Assembly (NCBI GenBank): GCA_050008535.1
Contig: JBEKML010000001.1
Span: 455,050-519,049 of the forward strand
Reading direction: 5' to 3'
DNA from: Minisyncoccia bacterium
GTDB lineage: Bacteria > Patescibacteriota > Minisyncoccia > UBA6257 > 2-01-FULL-56-20
DNA: 64,000 bases
Below the pieces are notes generated by a model. That model made no database searches. It was not told the origin of the DNA and was given only the letters and a program-made list of their open reading frames with translations. The stretch's first letter is position 1, and each line of letters opens with the position of its first letter. Position numbers and translations under genes: made by a program. Shown piece after piece: positions 63,201 to 64,000 of the stretch.

Positions 63201-63734
63201 CTGGTCTCCGCCACGCCAGTTTTCCCCGCTCCCAATGCGACCGTCGGCGTCGGCGCGAGCTACGCGGCGCCGCCCGGCGGCGGTGGTTTGCCCACGCTCC
63301 TCGCAACCGCCCCCCTTGCGACCACCACCGTTTCCACCTCTTCTCTCCTTGCCCAGCTCCTCTCCCTCTATCAAACCCTGCGTGCACTGCAGCAACAGCT
63401 TGGCCTTCCCCTCACGCCCATCCCTGCCTATCTCATGAATCTGTCCACCAGCACCACCACTGCCCAAGCCATTTCCTCGTCCACCACCCCCTATCTCTTC
63501 TCCCGCAATCTCTCCCTCTGGAGCCGTGGCTCCGACGTCCAGGCCCTCCAGGAGTTCCTGATCCAACAAAACGCCGGCCCTGCCGCCGCACAGCTCAAAA
63601 CCCACGGCGCGACGACCGTCTTTGGCCCCCTCACCTACAACGCTCTCAGAGAATTCCAGAAGCACGCAGGCATCACCCCTGCGGCAGGGTACTTTGGCCC
63701 CAAGACCAGGGCGTATGTGAAGACGCGGTTGTAA
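60210..63734 (+). CDS. Giant secreted NHL-repeat (six-bladed beta-propeller type) protein with about 7 tandem 64-aa repeats, an FN3 domain and a C-terminal peptidoglycan-binding domain
   Basis: Signal peptide. Repeated NNRLFV(A/S)D and NNRVMAF NHL motifs. FN3 (LLEYKETANP...TPYDFRVSAVNSIG). C-terminal PG_binding_1 (DVQALQEFL...GYFGPKTRAYV). Confidence 0.75.
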   Translation: MMSVFFRIMPQTLRNKLIFPALLLLGFLGIALPFVSHAAIYNATNLLGQVDVNSNPIWTKKTANNSPTAPNALGFNSPHNVAVDTTNSRLFVSDDGNNRILVFPLDANGNLVSSTPSYVLGQADFVSKALDATPSGLFSPESIAYDSANDRLFVVDRFHSRVMVFNVATSTITNGENALFELGQTNFTSSTGATAQNGLKNPVGVAYDSVNSRLFISDAGNNRVMAFSVPANATSGVNGENALFELGQTNFASSTATTTASGLNSPNGTAYDPTNNRLFVADKTNNRVMSFTVPANATSGINGENADFVLGQTNFTSSTGTSTQSGLHGPAGIFYDSANNRLFVPDSVTNARVVSFTVPANATSGINGENADFVLGQMNFTSSTASTTQNRLNGPSGTAYDSTNNRLFVADAGNNRVMAFAVPANATSGVNGENASFAIGHYDLSGALATASFVNGIVDDGFLVNAQGFDSLSNTVLDTINHRLFVSDSYLDNFRILVFPLDSANNITTTTAQYVLGACNFTTAGSGAVTSSTFQQSNLAYDSVNSRLFVSDGHDNRVLAFNVATSTIANCEGATFVLGQADFVSNGSAVAQNKFHGSDDVDYDSVNSRLFVADETNNRVMAFSIPANATSGINGENALFELGQTNFVTSTAATTQSGLHAPTGVAYDSVNARLFVDDSGNSRVMIFAVPSNATSGVNGENALFELGQTNFTSSTAATTQSGLNNTDDDTYDTTGNRLFVADHDNNRVTIFTVPANATSGFNGANAQNNIGQAAWTTNASGTSQNAFIAPESSHAYDPVNNRLYIYEASGYRVLQFNFIHITTASFPSSTVGFAYSQTIAVTSTQGTSQTYSIASGTLPAGLSLNSATGLISGIPTVATTTTVTIEADDNFDTGPFFDLATYTMGSVNGTSSAPQSLTASSSDTQVFLAWSIPATNGGSAITDYLLEYKETANPLWRSFVHAATTSLSIIVTGLTNNTPYDFRVSAVNSIGTSSPSSLVSATPVFPAPNATVGVGASYAAPPGGGGLPTLLATAPLATTTVSTSSLLAQLLSLYQTLRALQQQLGLPLTPIPAYLMNLSTSTTTAQAISSSTTPYLFSRNLSLWSRGSDVQALQEFLIQQNAGPAAAQLKTHGATTVFGPLTYNALREFQKHAGITPAAGYFGPKTRAYVKTRL
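60640..62480. repeat. Intragenic tandem repeats, period about 192 bp, 7 or more copies with high identity
   Basis: Antisense ORFs at 60827, 61019, 61211 and 62207 translate to near-identical peptides spaced 192 nt apart. Repeated strings tcaccgtccctgccaatgccacgagcggcatcaatggcgagaacgcc. Confidence 0.8.
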
Positions 63735-63754
63735 TCCGTTTTATATAATGAAAC

Positions 63755-64000
63755 TATGACCTTTATATTCCGATCACCGGACCGGGAATATCTGTTGATC
63801 ATCGTCGTTGCGTTCGCGCTCATCATAAATCTTTTCTTCCCTGCTTTTTCTGCGGCAGGAATTGTTTTGTGGATCGCCGCACTTTTTGGGGCGCTTCCTA
63901 CCGTAGGGGCGGCAGCTAGTGCACTCTATCGGCGCAAGGTCACCATAGATACCTTTAATGTTTTTGCGCTGGCGATCTCTTTCGCGACGCGCGAGATCCG
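63755..64000 (+). CDS. Partial CDS (N-terminal fragment running off the window end); hypothetical polytopic membrane protein
   Basis: ATG at 63755, then an open frame to the window end encoding hydrophobic helices (LLIIVVAFALIINLFF, GIVLWIAALFGALPTVGAAA). Confidence 0.4.

Noticed and set aside
1-64000. CRISPR array, rRNA genes, transposase or integrase genes, prophage
   Set aside because: No short direct-repeat or spacer arrays, no rRNA-like sequence and no recognisable transposase, integrase or phage structural genes were seen. The repeated hairpins are inverted, not CRISPR-like direct repeats.

Overview
This 64 kb window reads as a gene-dense bacterial chromosomal segment of moderate-to-high GC, with about 70 supportable protein-coding genes and 6 tRNA genes.

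**Taxonomy (inference):** tRNAs lack an encoded CCA, several genes are leaderless or near-leaderless, and large repeat-rich secreted proteins and a type IV pilin-like gene sit beside sortase, DsbA/DsbB and a minimal dcw cluster. This fits a CPR/Patescibacteria-like or otherwise reduced, surface-protein-rich organism.

**Core content:**
- htrA.
- A tRNA cluster of Ser, Arg, Ala, Ser and Val flanking rplJ-rplL, which has an L10-type leader.
- A YvcK/CofD-family gene.
- A compact mraZ-rsmH-ftsL-ftsI-murF block that ends at tRNA-Glu.
- tpiA, murB, hpf and secA.
- uvrB, uvrA and a short uvrC, not contiguous.
- tsaC, nth, a mazG-like gene, FKBP and a csaA-like gene.
- An OmpR-type response regulator and an ECF sigma factor.
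- MarR next to a MacAB-like ABC efflux operon.
- A DsbA/DsbB pair, a sortase, an M23 peptidase, a SanA-like gene and an MFS transporter.

**Accessory content:**
- A minus-strand operon of surface proteins (FN3-repeat protein, LRR protein, tail-fibre-like repeat protein), divergent from a large type IV pilin-like gene.
- A locus with two paralogous SET-domain methyltransferases flanking a GNAT-like protein and an EamA-type exporter.
- An adjacent ATP-grasp plus saccharopine-dehydrogenase-like gene pair.
- A 575-aa cysteine-rich protein with zinc ribbons at both termini.
- A stand-alone Cas4-like PD-(D/E)xK nuclease.
- Giant secreted proteins with NHL, FN3 and peptidoglycan-binding domains.

**Most interesting non-coding signal:** a family of three very long, perfect hairpins, with 28-32 bp stems and a conserved 12-nt loop, TACTCAGAAGGG or a variant with one substitution. 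Two copies sit exactly between convergent stop codons and one follows a tRNA.

**Other signals:**
- A 140-nt multi-stem palindromic element after tRNA-Glu.
- A promoter-plus-terminator-bounded ~100-nt transcript upstream of murB.
- A putative MraZ operator and a putative MarR operator.
- A frameshift inside the tandem repeats of a large surface-protein gene.

No CRISPR array, rRNA or recognisable transposase/integrase was seen. Coordinates of non-ORF features are hand-counted and may be off by 1-2 nt.
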